DNA of 64,000 bases, from the NCBI GenBank assembly GCA_965223265.1, contig OZ244999.1, positions 7,968,001-8,032,000 of the forward strand, written 5' to 3'. Below the pieces are notes generated by a model. It saw only the letters and a program-made list of their open reading frames with translations, had not been told where the DNA came from and ran no database searches. This document shows, piece after piece, positions 38,377-48,000 of this stretch. Source of the DNA: Planctomycetota bacterium. GTDB lineage: Bacteria > Planctomycetota > UBA8108 > SXIK01. Position 1 is the first letter of the stretch. Each line of letters opens with the position of its first letter. Made by a program: the position numbers and the translations under genes.

Positions 38377-39165
38377 TCAACCTTCTTCGCCGCCGCAGCT
38401 CGCCATGAAAACCTCGAACGCTGGCTCGGTCGTCCACCCCTTGCGTCCGGCGAGATCTCGGAACGCCGCCGGCAGCGGCGCGCTCAGTGTTTTCTCGGCG
38501 CCAAGAATCTCCGGCGGCAGCTCGATCTTGCTGGCGTGGAGAAGGAAGTGGTTGAGGTTGAACGAAGTCAGAAAAGCCTGCGCTGGCTTCGCTTTGCCGT
38601 AGCGCTGATCACCGGCGAGAGCGCGACCGGCCTGCGCGAAGAGCGCGCGCACCAGATGGCGACCGGTCGAAGTCGTCTTCACCGCAGCGAGGCTGAGTCG
38701 ATCGTCACTACACACCGTTGTGTATTCGAGGCTCGCTTTGCTTCGCGGTCTCGACCTCCTGCCGCGCGGCGTGAGGGAGCCTTCGAGGGTTCCGGCGGCG
38801 TCGAGTGGGCCGGCGACGACTGCGGCGTAGTGGCGTACCAGCGTACCTGCAGCCAGTGCGGTCGTCACGGCGCTGGCGATTTGCCTTCTGAGGCCGAACA
38901 TGACGGCGCCAGAGGCCTCGAGATCCAGAGGCTGTACGGGATAGACATCCTTTCCCGCGCGGATATCCAGGACGCCCGGGTTTGAGCGCACCCACTCGTT
39001 GATCATCTCGGCCAGGCCACAAGGATGGGTCGGGTCGCCGTGAACCGGAATGCCCGGCGGCTTGTTGACGCAGAGAAGCCCATGACCGTGGAACAAAATC
39101 CACGCGGCGTCGAACGCTGACGGCGACGCGGTAGGATCTGCTCGTGTTTCATCGCTTTCGGGCAT
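38377..39165 (-). CDS. RluA-family pseudouridine synthase-like protein with degenerate motifs
   Basis: VNKPPG, QPLDLEASG (for HRLD..TSG), GDQRYG, LLHA. Confidence 0.75.
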   Translation of the reverse strand: MPESDETRADPTASPSAFDAAWILFHGHGLLCVNKPPGIPVHGDPTHPCGLAEMINEWVRSNPGVLDIRAGKDVYPVQPLDLEASGAVMFGLRRQIASAVTTALAAGTLVRHYAAVVAGPLDAAGTLEGSLTPRGRRSRPRSKASLEYTTVCSDDRLSLAAVKTTSTGRHLVRALFAQAGRALAGDQRYGKAKPAQAFLTSFNLNHFLLHASKIELPPEILGAEKTLSAPLPAAFRDLAGRKGWTTEPAFEVFMASCGGEEG

Positions 39166-39356
39166 GACCTAACTTCGAGTTTGGACTTTGCGCGCCGGCC
39201 GGGCGTTCGGTCCGATTCCTTTTTGGCTCGCCCCATCTCGTGCTTCTCGACTTCCGCGAGCTTGGCGAGAATCTTTCTCGTTGGCGCAAAGCTCCCGAAG
39301 CCAGTCGGCAAAGACGGAGTCGCGAGAGGCGTGGGCGTACACATGCTTCACGGTAG

Positions 39357-40124
39357 CTACTGACCGAAATAGAGCCCGCCGTTGACGTGAATCACTTCGC
39401 CGGTGATGTACGACGCTGCCGGCGAAGCGAGGAATGCAACGGCGCCCGCGACGTCTTCGTTGGTGCCGGCACGCCCGCACGGGACAGCAGCGACCATACT
39501 GTCGAACGCATCTCGTGGCGTGTGAACGGCGTGAAATCCATTGTCGATGAGCCCCGGAGCGACGGAGTTGATCGTGATTCCCTTCGCCGCATACCCCTTC
39601 GACAATGTGCGCGCCAGATCGGAAACCGCCGCCTTCGCTGGCCCATAGTGAGGCGTTGTCGGCGCGCCTCCGTTGTGTCCGGCGATCGAAGATATGTTGA
39701 CGACCCTCCCTTCGCCGCGAGCGACCATGTGCGGGATGACCGCCTTGGTGACGAGGACGACGCTCGAGAAGTTCAGACGCAGTACCTGCGTGAGCAGATC
39801 GTCCGTGACTTCCTCGAGGTGGGCGCGCTGCACGAGACCGCCAGCGTTGTTGACGAGGATGTCGATCCTTCCCGCGCCGAACTCTAGCGATTCTTGGACC
39901 AGCCCCTGGATCTGCCTTTCGTCGGTCACGTCGGCGGCGACGGCAACGGCGCGGCGGCCGAGGCCTTCGATCAGCCGCACGGTGTTCTCCGCATCTTCGC
40001 GGCTGCTCAAGTAGTTGACGATCACGTCGGCGCCGTTCTTTGCCAGCTCGATCGAAATCGCGCTGCCGATGTCGCGGCCGCCGCCCGTCACGAGCGCAGT
40101 CTTTCCGGTAAGATCAAACGACAT
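39357..40124 (-). CDS. Short-chain dehydrogenase/reductase (FabG-like)
   Basis: TGGGRDIG, NNAG, YGPAK, ITGE...VNGG. Confidence 0.92.
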   Translation of the reverse strand: MSFDLTGKTALVTGGGRDIGSAISIELAKNGADVIVNYLSSREDAENTVRLIEGLGRRAVAVAADVTDERQIQGLVQESLEFGAGRIDILVNNAGGLVQRAHLEEVTDDLLTQVLRLNFSSVVLVTKAVIPHMVARGEGRVVNISSIAGHNGGAPTTPHYGPAKAAVSDLARTLSKGYAAKGITINSVAPGLIDNGFHAVHTPRDAFDSMVAAVPCGRAGTNEDVAGAVAFLASPAASYITGEVIHVNGGLYFGQ

Positions 40125-40471
40125 AGAAATCCTCGAGTTCCGAGTTGTTGCTCTTCGACGAGACCACAGTATCCACGACGACGAAGAATTTGCAGCCCCC
40201 GCTTTCGCCTCGACATTCGTGCGTCGACGCGAGCCGCCGTCGGAGGGGCGAACCTACGGCCCGCGTTGCGGCGGCAACCGACGCCCGACTCGAGACTCCA
40301 GGAAGTCCGCCATCTTGACGATGCATCAGGTATCCATCGTTGGCGGGTACCTCTTCTTATCGGCCATCGCTTCGAGAGCTCGGCCGACGCCCGGGAGCGG
40401 GCGCCTCGAGCCGCAGACCACCTGCCTTGCCGACGCCGCAGAATCGCGAAACCCCAGAGAAAATCTTTCAA

Positions 40472-42811
40472 ATGAAACGCGGAACTGAGAGTACGGACGG
40501 TGCCATGGCAGGTCTTCTCGACGCGGTGCGATCGATCGCCACTGCTAGTCTCTACGTACGCGATCTGTCGGACGATACGTTCATCGCTGTCAGCGAGGGT
40601 TGGCTGGCGCTCACCGGTTATGAGCGAGCCGACGTTGAATCGCGGCATGGTTTTTGGCGCGAACGGATCCACGAGGAGGACCGCAGGAGCGTCGAGCGTG
40701 CCGGTGCCGGGCGCGACGGCCACCACGAACTGCAGTACCGATTCCGCCGAGCCGACGGCGGCTACGTGTGGATTCGCGACATCGCGGCGCCCGGCGCAAA
40801 GGCAGCGGACGCGTCCGCACCGAACCAGCTGCAGGGTTCGTGGGTCTCGATCGCGACCGAGAAGTCGCTCGCGAACGAGCTGGCGTCCTCCCGGCGAGCG
40901 CTGGACGATCTCAGCAAGAAAGCCGACGACGTCGCCGAGAGTAAGTACGCCTTTCTTGCCACCATGAGTCAGGAGATCCGTTCCCCTCTCTACGGAATGA
41001 CCGGAACGCTCGAGCTGCTCCTTGAGACGGAGCTCTCCGACGACCAAGAACGTTTGGTGAAGACCGTCCTGGAGTCAGGCGAGAATCTCCTCAGCCTCAT
41101 CGACAACACGCTGGACATCTCCAAGATCGAAGACGGTACGTTCTGGCTGCAGCAGATCGAATTCGATGTCCGCGAGCTCGTCGAGGACGCCGTCGACCTC
41201 TTCGCCGCCAGCGCGATGCAGAAAAATGTCGAGCTCGCTGGTTCCCTCGCGCCAGACATTCCGGCGCGCGTGCATGGCGATCCGGCGCGCCTCGGCCAAG
41301 TGATCAGCACACTCATCCAGACAGCGGTCGACTCCATCGAATGGGGTTCCGTTCTCGTCACGGTCGCGGTCGACGAAGTGACCGACGGTACGGCGCGGAT
41401 TGTCTTCGAGGTCGAGGATAAAGGCGTCGGAATCGACGTCTCATCACAAGAGGAAGTCTTTGATGAGCATTCTCAACCTGCCAGCCGCTACCACGGCGCG
41501 GCCCTTAGCATGGCCATTTGTCGTGAGCTCGTGCAGCTTATGGGCGGCCACGTGACCGTCGAAGCGAACGAGGATCGTCGTTCTGCCCTCCGTTTCTCTG
41601 TGCCGCTTGAGATCATCAGGCCCGCCGTCGCGCACGCACAGCTTGCCGTCGAAAGGGTTCTCGTTGTCCAGCAGGAGGACATCACGTCCGAAGTGCTGGC
41701 GCGGTACTTGGTCGAGCTCGGCGCGAGCTGCACTTTCGCGCGAACCACTCAGAACGCACTGCGAACTCTTGCAGAAGCTTCTGAGTCTGAGTCTGGAGGG
41801 TTCGACGCGCTCGTCGTCGATGTTGGTTTGGCCCGCAGCGATGAGCTTCTCGCCGGGCTGCGACGAGGTCCGCATGCCCAGCTTCCAGTCATCGGGTTGC
41901 ATGGGCCGAAGGTCGATGCGAAGAGCGCCGAGTTCGCAGCAGTCAGTACATGGGTGCCGAAGCCCGTGCGCCGTGAACGGTTGATCGAAGCCTTCGCCGC
42001 CGCGACAGGCGCTGCTGAAGTCGTGAGCGCGAGTTTGGGTCGAGTTCTCGTCGCAGAGGACCGTGCGCTCCAGCAACAGTTGACCCGCGATCTCCTCGAG
42101 TCGCACGTTGACCAGCTTGAGTTCGCCCCGAGCGGAGACGAGGTACGGAGCGCACTCTGCACACAGCCGCGGCGCTACGACGTTGCCTTCGTCGTACCCA
42201 AGCTTCCCGACGCGGAAGGTTCTGAACTCATCGCTCAGTTGCGCAGCTGGGAACATGCGAACAAAGCCAAACCGATGAAGATCGTCGCTCTCGTTGGCGA
42301 CGTGCCAGACTGCGAGCGTGAGGCCTACATCGCAGCAGGGGCTGACGAGCTGCTCGCGAAGACAGCCGCCGAAAGTGAGGTGTCGCGGCTCGTCGAAGTG
42401 CTCGGTATTGGTGGGTCCGCTCCCCAGACCTCGCGTCCGTCAGCCTCTATGGGACCGCCGATCGATGCGGAGCTGCTGAGTCAACTGCGGAGCTTTCTCG
42501 CCGACGATTTCGGCCTCCTGGTCGAGGAGGCGGTGGTCGAAGTTCCCGCGCTGGTGAAGGAGATCGAGAAATCGGCGCAGGCGTGTGACGTCGTGCGGCT
42601 GCGCGACGTGACGACGAAGCTCAAGCGGCTCTGTCATCACATCGGGGCCGAACCACTTGCAGGAATCGCTCACGAGCTGCTCGTAACGGACGACGATGGC
42701 CAGATGAGCGGCGTCGACAAGTGGTTGCACGCCACCCGCGTCGAGGCGGGGCGGCTTGTCGACATGCTGCAAGACCTCTTGACCAAGAAGACGGCGGTCG
42801 AAGAAAGCTAG
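40472..42811 (+). CDS. PAS-HisKA-HATPase-REC-REC-Hpt hybrid sensor kinase-like protein, predicted catalytically dead
   Basis: PAS_3 (IHEEDR, YRFRRADG.YVW), FLATMSQEIRSPL, LDISKIE, GDPARL.QV, D.GVGI, two REC-like domains and an Hpt-like tail. Confidence 0.85.
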   Translation: MKRGTESTDGAMAGLLDAVRSIATASLYVRDLSDDTFIAVSEGWLALTGYERADVESRHGFWRERIHEEDRRSVERAGAGRDGHHELQYRFRRADGGYVWIRDIAAPGAKAADASAPNQLQGSWVSIATEKSLANELASSRRALDDLSKKADDVAESKYAFLATMSQEIRSPLYGMTGTLELLLETELSDDQERLVKTVLESGENLLSLIDNTLDISKIEDGTFWLQQIEFDVRELVEDAVDLFAASAMQKNVELAGSLAPDIPARVHGDPARLGQVISTLIQTAVDSIEWGSVLVTVAVDEVTDGTARIVFEVEDKGVGIDVSSQEEVFDEHSQPASRYHGAALSMAICRELVQLMGGHVTVEANEDRRSALRFSVPLEIIRPAVAHAQLAVERVLVVQQEDITSEVLARYLVELGASCTFARTTQNALRTLAEASESESGGFDALVVDVGLARSDELLAGLRRGPHAQLPVIGLHGPKVDAKSAEFAAVSTWVPKPVRRERLIEAFAAATGAAEVVSASLGRVLVAEDRALQQQLTRDLLESHVDQLEFAPSGDEVRSALCTQPRRYDVAFVVPKLPDAEGSELIAQLRSWEHANKAKPMKIVALVGDVPDCEREAYIAAGADELLAKTAAESEVSRLVEVLGIGGSAPQTSRPSASMGPPIDAELLSQLRSFLADDFGLLVEEAVVEVPALVKEIEKSAQACDVVRLRDVTTKLKRLCHHIGAEPLAGIAHELLVTDDDGQMSGVDKWLHATRVEAGRLVDMLQDLLTKKTAVEES

Positions 42812-42998
42812 GCCGCACTCTGCGCCGCTACCCCTGAGGATCTTGCCTGTGTGCAGAGATGCCTCTCGCGTGGCAGGTCCAGGGTGAGGCACGACCCAGG
42901 CAGGGTGAGACGACGCACGGGAGTGCCTCGCGCTGCATGTGGTCGAGGGCGAAGCAAGCGCTGTGTTTTCTTCGCCGAGCGATTCGTCGCTCCTAGCG

Positions 42999-43163
42999 CT
43001 AGGTGCGCATTTCTCACCAGATTCCTACTGCGAGCCGTAAGTCGCTCCGTGGACTGCGTCCGACTTCACGCTTCGATCCTCAATGTGCAGGAAGCACGCC
43101 TGCGGTCGAATCGCAAAGTCTTCCTTGCCACGACACGACTTACGGGTGAGAAACGCGGGCTGG
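42999..43163. mobile_element. MITE-like fold-back element, about 165 bp
   Basis: Imperfect TIRs (CTAGGTGCGCATTTCTCACC / GGTGAGAAACGCGGGCTGG); internal perfect inverted pair CCGTAAGTCG (43035-43044) and CGACTTACGG (43136-43145). Confidence 0.6.
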
Positions 43164-43231
43164 AATTCTGGCGCGCGGCAAGGCTTGCGCGGGCGCGCTG
43201 CTGTCGGTAGAAGCGACGCAGGAGGATTTCC

Positions 43232-43603
43232 ATGGCTCGCCGCCGCCGCACGCGTTCGCCTTTCGCAGTCTTCACCGCACTCGGCATTGTCTCTGTGTTC
43301 CTTCTCGGTGCGCTGTTGCGTTTCCTCGCGAGTTGGCACTGGGTGTGGTGCTATCTCGCCGCAGTCTCGCTCACCGTGTTTTTCTATTACGGCATCGACA
43401 AAGCGCTGGCCCGGAGTCAGGCGCGCCGACGCATCCCTGAGAAGACGCTCCACTTTTTTGCGCTGATCGGTGGAACTCCCGGCGCATTTCTTGGTCAGCA
43501 GCTTTTTCGCCACAAGACGGTCAAGAGTCGCTTTCGGCTTGTCTTTTGGCTTGTCGTCGTCTTTCAGCTTGGTCTTGTCGGCGTTTGGCTTTGGTGGAGT
43601 TGA
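43232..43603 (+). CDS. DUF1294 family membrane protein
   Basis: YGIDK..A.....RIPEKTL....GG..GA...QQLFRHKT.K; AGGAGG RBS. Confidence 0.9.
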   Translation: MARRRRTRSPFAVFTALGIVSVFLLGALLRFLASWHWVWCYLAAVSLTVFFYYGIDKALARSQARRRIPEKTLHFFALIGGTPGAFLGQQLFRHKTVKSRFRLVFWLVVVFQLGLVGVWLWWS

Positions 43604-43744
43604 ACGGCGCGCTGAGCGACTTGGCCGCATCTTCGTTCGTGGTGGCCTGCGGAACAGTCGGTGGACACCGAGCCTGCACGGGACCCATTTTTGTTTTTTT
43701 TGGGCGTCCGCAGTTTTTCCGCGGCGTAATATGGGGGGCCGTGA

Positions 43745-44233
43745 ATGATGGAGGTTGTACAGATGAGAAACACGCGGAACCGTCGATGGTCGGCGCTGCG
43801 CCGGCTGTGCGCACTGAGCCACGGGCGTTCGAGGCCTTGGTTCTGCGGTCGGTTACAGCAAGCCGGTATTCTCTTTGTGCTCGCGACGGGCGCCGGCTGC
43901 GTGTCGAACGCCGAGATCGACCAGCGTATGGATGAGTACTTTCTGACGCAGGAGATGGTCGAAGCTTGGTTCGATCGCGAGATTGCCACCGAGACCGATC
44001 CGCAGATTCAGAAAGATCTGAGGCGCCAAGCGAAGGCCACGTCCCTTCGACTTGCCGTGGCTGGTCTTCTGTTTGGCTCGCCGCAACCGCCGTTCGAAAA
44101 GATCGAAGCCGCGGTGGCGCAGGCGCGGGAGATTCAACTGCGGATCCTGCGACGGCGAAACGAGCGCAGCGGCGCTCGCGCAGACACGCCGGTGGCGACA
44201 CGAATGTCACTGAGTGAGAAATCTGTTCGCTGA
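43745..44233 (+). CDS. Hypothetical (lipo)protein; start uncertain
   Basis: Hydrophobic stretch ending GAGC, followed by helical sequence; fills the gap between two + strand genes. Confidence 0.5.
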   Translation: MMEVVQMRNTRNRRWSALRRLCALSHGRSRPWFCGRLQQAGILFVLATGAGCVSNAEIDQRMDEYFLTQEMVEAWFDREIATETDPQIQKDLRRQAKATSLRLAVAGLLFGSPQPPFEKIEAAVAQAREIQLRILRRRNERSGARADTPVATRMSLSEKSVR

Positions 44234-44276
44234 ATCGGGTTGTTCAGCGGAGAAAGAGCAACGAAAGGAGTTTGAC

Positions 44277-44726
44277 GTGAGACGAAGTGTGCCGTTTTTC
44301 CGCGTCGCGGGAATCGTTTGTTTGGGCGTCTTGATCGCAGCGCCGTTCGCAGCGCTGGAGCGCGGCCCGATCGCCGCGGCAGACGCCGCCGACAAAGGGC
44401 GCGTCTTCGAACAGCGCGTCTACTTCTGCAATTCGGGTCTGCTGGACGATCTCCACGCGCGCTTTCGAAATCACACGAACTATCTCTTCGTCAAGCACGG
44501 CATGAGCCTCATCGGCTACTGGACGCCCGTCGACGAGAAGGACACACTGGTCTATATCCTCGCGTATCCAAGCCAGGAGGCGCGGGAGAAGTCGTGGCAA
44601 GCGTTCCGGGATGATCCGGTTTGGAAAGCCGTGTTCGCCGCGTCACGTGAGAAAGCCGGTGGTGCGCTCGTCAAGAAGGTCGAGTCGACGTTCCTACGCC
44701 CCACCGACTACTCGCCGATCCGGTAG
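44277..44726 (+). CDS. NIPSNAP family protein
   Basis: FEQRVY, LHARFRNHT, KHGM..IGYW, LVYILAYPS, W.AF..DP.W, PTDYSP; AAGGAG RBS before GTG 44277. Confidence 0.9.
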   Translation: MRRSVPFFRVAGIVCLGVLIAAPFAALERGPIAAADAADKGRVFEQRVYFCNSGLLDDLHARFRNHTNYLFVKHGMSLIGYWTPVDEKDTLVYILAYPSQEAREKSWQAFRDDPVWKAVFAASREKAGGALVKKVESTFLRPTDYSPIR

Positions 44727-45027
44727 GGCGCCCCCGGCGGGGTTTGAGTCGAATGTTCGGCCTGCGACCTTTTTGCGGTTGGCCCGTTGCCGTCGCGGTT
44801 TAGTCCCGCACCTCAGCGCCGGGGAATCGAGCTGTCGAACTCGCGGCAGGCTCAATTCTGGGGTCGCCAACCAAGAGGGACCGACGAGCGATGGTAGACC
44901 GGTGCCCTTCATTCGGCGATTTCCCGGTTTCGGTCGATGCGTGTGGCATAATCGGTGGGGAGAGGTCAGAGCCGGCGCGGGAACGCCCGAGCTCGAAGGT
45001 AAGCGAGGACGCGGAAAGCCGGAAACT

Positions 45028-48000
45028 ATGCACAGTTGTTGTCGTTTTCGCTTTGTTCCAACGCGGACGATCGCTCGTCCCACCAAACGGTGCGTCAGGC
45101 TGCTCGAGGCGCTGACCCTGCTCCTGTGGCTGGCGAGCGTTCGATCGTCTGCGTTCGCCGACGAGACGTTCTTCGTCTCGTTCGGTAGCGAGTGGCGGTT
45201 CTTTCGAGGTCTTGAGGAACCCACACCCGAGTCGCCTGCGGCCTGGCGCAGCGTTGATTTCGACGACGCAGCATGGGACGTCGGTGCAGCGCCGCTGGGT
45301 TACGGTTTCGACGAGCTTGGAACCGACCTCAACGCGTCCGAGCCGCCGATGGAGGGGAACTACCTCTCCCTCTACGTGCGGCAAAGATTCAGCCTCTCGG
45401 AGCTCGATCGCATTGAGTCGTTGGAGGCGCGCGTCATCGCCGACGACGGTGCCATCGTTTGGCTCAACGGCACTGAGATCGCTCGCATCAATGCGCCCGG
45501 CGATCCAGGCGACCACATCCCATTCGATGAACGGGCCGCGCGCGCGCAGCTGAATCGGCGGGCGCACATCTTTCCGCTCGAAGACTTTCGTGATCTGATC
45601 GACGAAGGCGCGAACGTCCTTGCGGCCCAGGGCCTCAATCGATCGCTGACAAGCAATGACATGCGCCTCGCCATCGAGCTCGTCGACCGCTTCGGACCGG
45701 ACCGCACGCCGCCGGAGCTTGCCGGCGTCGTACCCGTGCCGCAGACGACGACGCGAACTCTCCAGCTCGTGCACGTCGACTTTGGCGAGCCAGTGAGCGG
45801 TGTCGATGCGCTCGATCTGCTGATGAACTCTGCACCGGCACTGAAGGTGCGATCCGATCCGAGCGGTCGTCACTATCGTTTCCTTTTCGCGCCGCCATCG
45901 CCGGGTGCCGTCGAGCTCGCCTGGGCGCTCGACCACTTGATTCTCGACCGCGCCGAAATACCGAACGCGTTCGCTGGCGGCAGTTGGAGCTACCGCTACG
46001 CGCCTGACGAGCCGTTGCCGGCGGTTGTCATCAGCGAGGTCAGCGCTGCCAGTGGCGCTCTCCGCGATGAAAACGGCGACGGCGCCGATTGGATCGAACT
46101 ACAGAACGTCGGCGATACGCTGGTCGACCTCGCGGGCTACGCGCTGAGCGACGACCCGGAGCGCCCCGATCGCTGGCGTCTGCCGACGCTACGCCTCGAG
46201 CCCGGCGCCTTTCTTCTCGTGCTTGCAACCGGCAAAGACCGAGCCGATCCCGCTGCGGAACTCCACGCCAGTTTTAAACTGGATCCCGATGGCGACTCCG
46301 TCTTCTTGTTTTCAAACGACGCGCCGCGACAGCTCGTCGCCGCGCTGCGTGATTACCCCGAGCAGCGCGGTCAACTCTCTTACGGTCGCAAGCGAAGTGG
46401 TGAACTCTCCTACTTCGCAACCCCCACGCCGGGCTCGCCCAACGTCGAGGAGGATGCGATCGATGGCGGCTTCGTCAGCGATCCCGAATTCAGCGTCGAG
46501 CATGGTCACTTCGAGGAGGCTTTCAGCGTTGAGCTCAGTTGCGCCACGACAGACGCGGAACTCTTCTACACCTTGGACGGCAGTTGGCCGACCCCGGAGA
46601 GCGCCCGATACTCCGGGCCTATCGAGATTGACGGCGAGCCTCGACGCGGTGCCGCTGTCCTGCGTGCGACGGCCTTCAAGTCGGGAATGGTTGCCTCGCG
46701 TACGATCACGCGCACCTTCATTTTTCCGACGCACGTGCTGACACAGCCCGCCGACCCAGATGGTTTCCCCGGCACATGGCGCGGCGCGGCGCGCACGTTC
46801 TACGGCATGAGTGCAGCGATCGTGAATGATCCGCGCAACGCGGACCTTTTTCCGGAGGCGTTACTGGCGCTGCCGAGCGTCTCGATCGTCGCCGACGTCG
46901 AAGATCTCTTCGGCGGCACCGGCCTCTACTCGAACCCGACGAGTTCCGGCATCGACTGGGAGCGCCCTGGCTCCGTCGAATTGATCGACCCGACCGGGGA
47001 GGAGAGCTTTCAGGTCAACTGCGGCCTGCGCATCCAAGGCGGCGCCAGCCGCGGTCCCAGCAATTCGCCGAAGCACAGTTTTCGCCTACTCTTCAAATCG
47101 GACTACGGGCCGAGCCGGCTGTCGTTTCCTCTCTTCGGGCGTAGCCGCGTCGAAGAGTTTGATACGTTGATCCTGCGTGCCGGCTACAACAACAGCTGGA
47201 TTCACAGTGACACCTCGCAGAATCGACGCGCCACCTATCTACGCGACCAGTGGGCTCGCGACACGCTGCGCGACATGGGCCAGCCGTCGGCGCGTGGTCG
47301 CTTCGTCCATCTCTATCTCAACGGCCTCTACTGGGGGATCTACAACCTCGTCGAACGTCCGAGCGGCCCGTTTGCCGCCGCCCATCTCGGCGGCAGGCGT
47401 GAGGATTGGGACGCTCTCAACTCTGCGAGCCCCGTCGATGGTGATTCCGCGGCGTGGAGGCAGCTGACGAGCGACGCGCAGGCGGCAACGGGCGAAGACA
47501 AGGAATACTTCGCGATTCTCGATCGTCTCGACGAGACGAACTTCATCGACTACATGTTGACGAACTACTATTGCTCCAACTCCGACTGGCCGCACCACAA
47601 CTGGTATGCAGCGCGACGTCGGGTCGTCGGCGCCGGGTATCGATTCTTTAGCTGGGACGCCGAACGTATCCTCGAAGGGCCGAACGAGTCGGCGGTCGGC
47701 CGCAACGACTCGAACTCGCCCGGCGTGATCTCGGTCCGACTGCGCCAACATGCGGAGCATCGCGTGCGCTTCGGCGATCGGGTGCAGCGCCACTGTTTTG
47801 GCGGCGGCGCCCTGACGGCGGCGGCGGTTGCAGCGCGCCTGCGCAGGCGCGCCGACGAGGTCGAGGCGGCCATCGTCGCCGAGTCAGCGCGCTGGGGAAC
47901 CTTTCGGCGCGAGAACGTACCGCTGACTTATCAGGAGAGCTGGCTGCCGGAGTTGCAGCGTCTTTTCGAAGACTATTTTCCCGTTCGACTTCCGGCCCTG

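Noticed and set aside
44944-44958. TGGCATAATCGGTGG as a sigma-54 promoter for the first CotH gene
   Set aside because: No GC at the -12 position.
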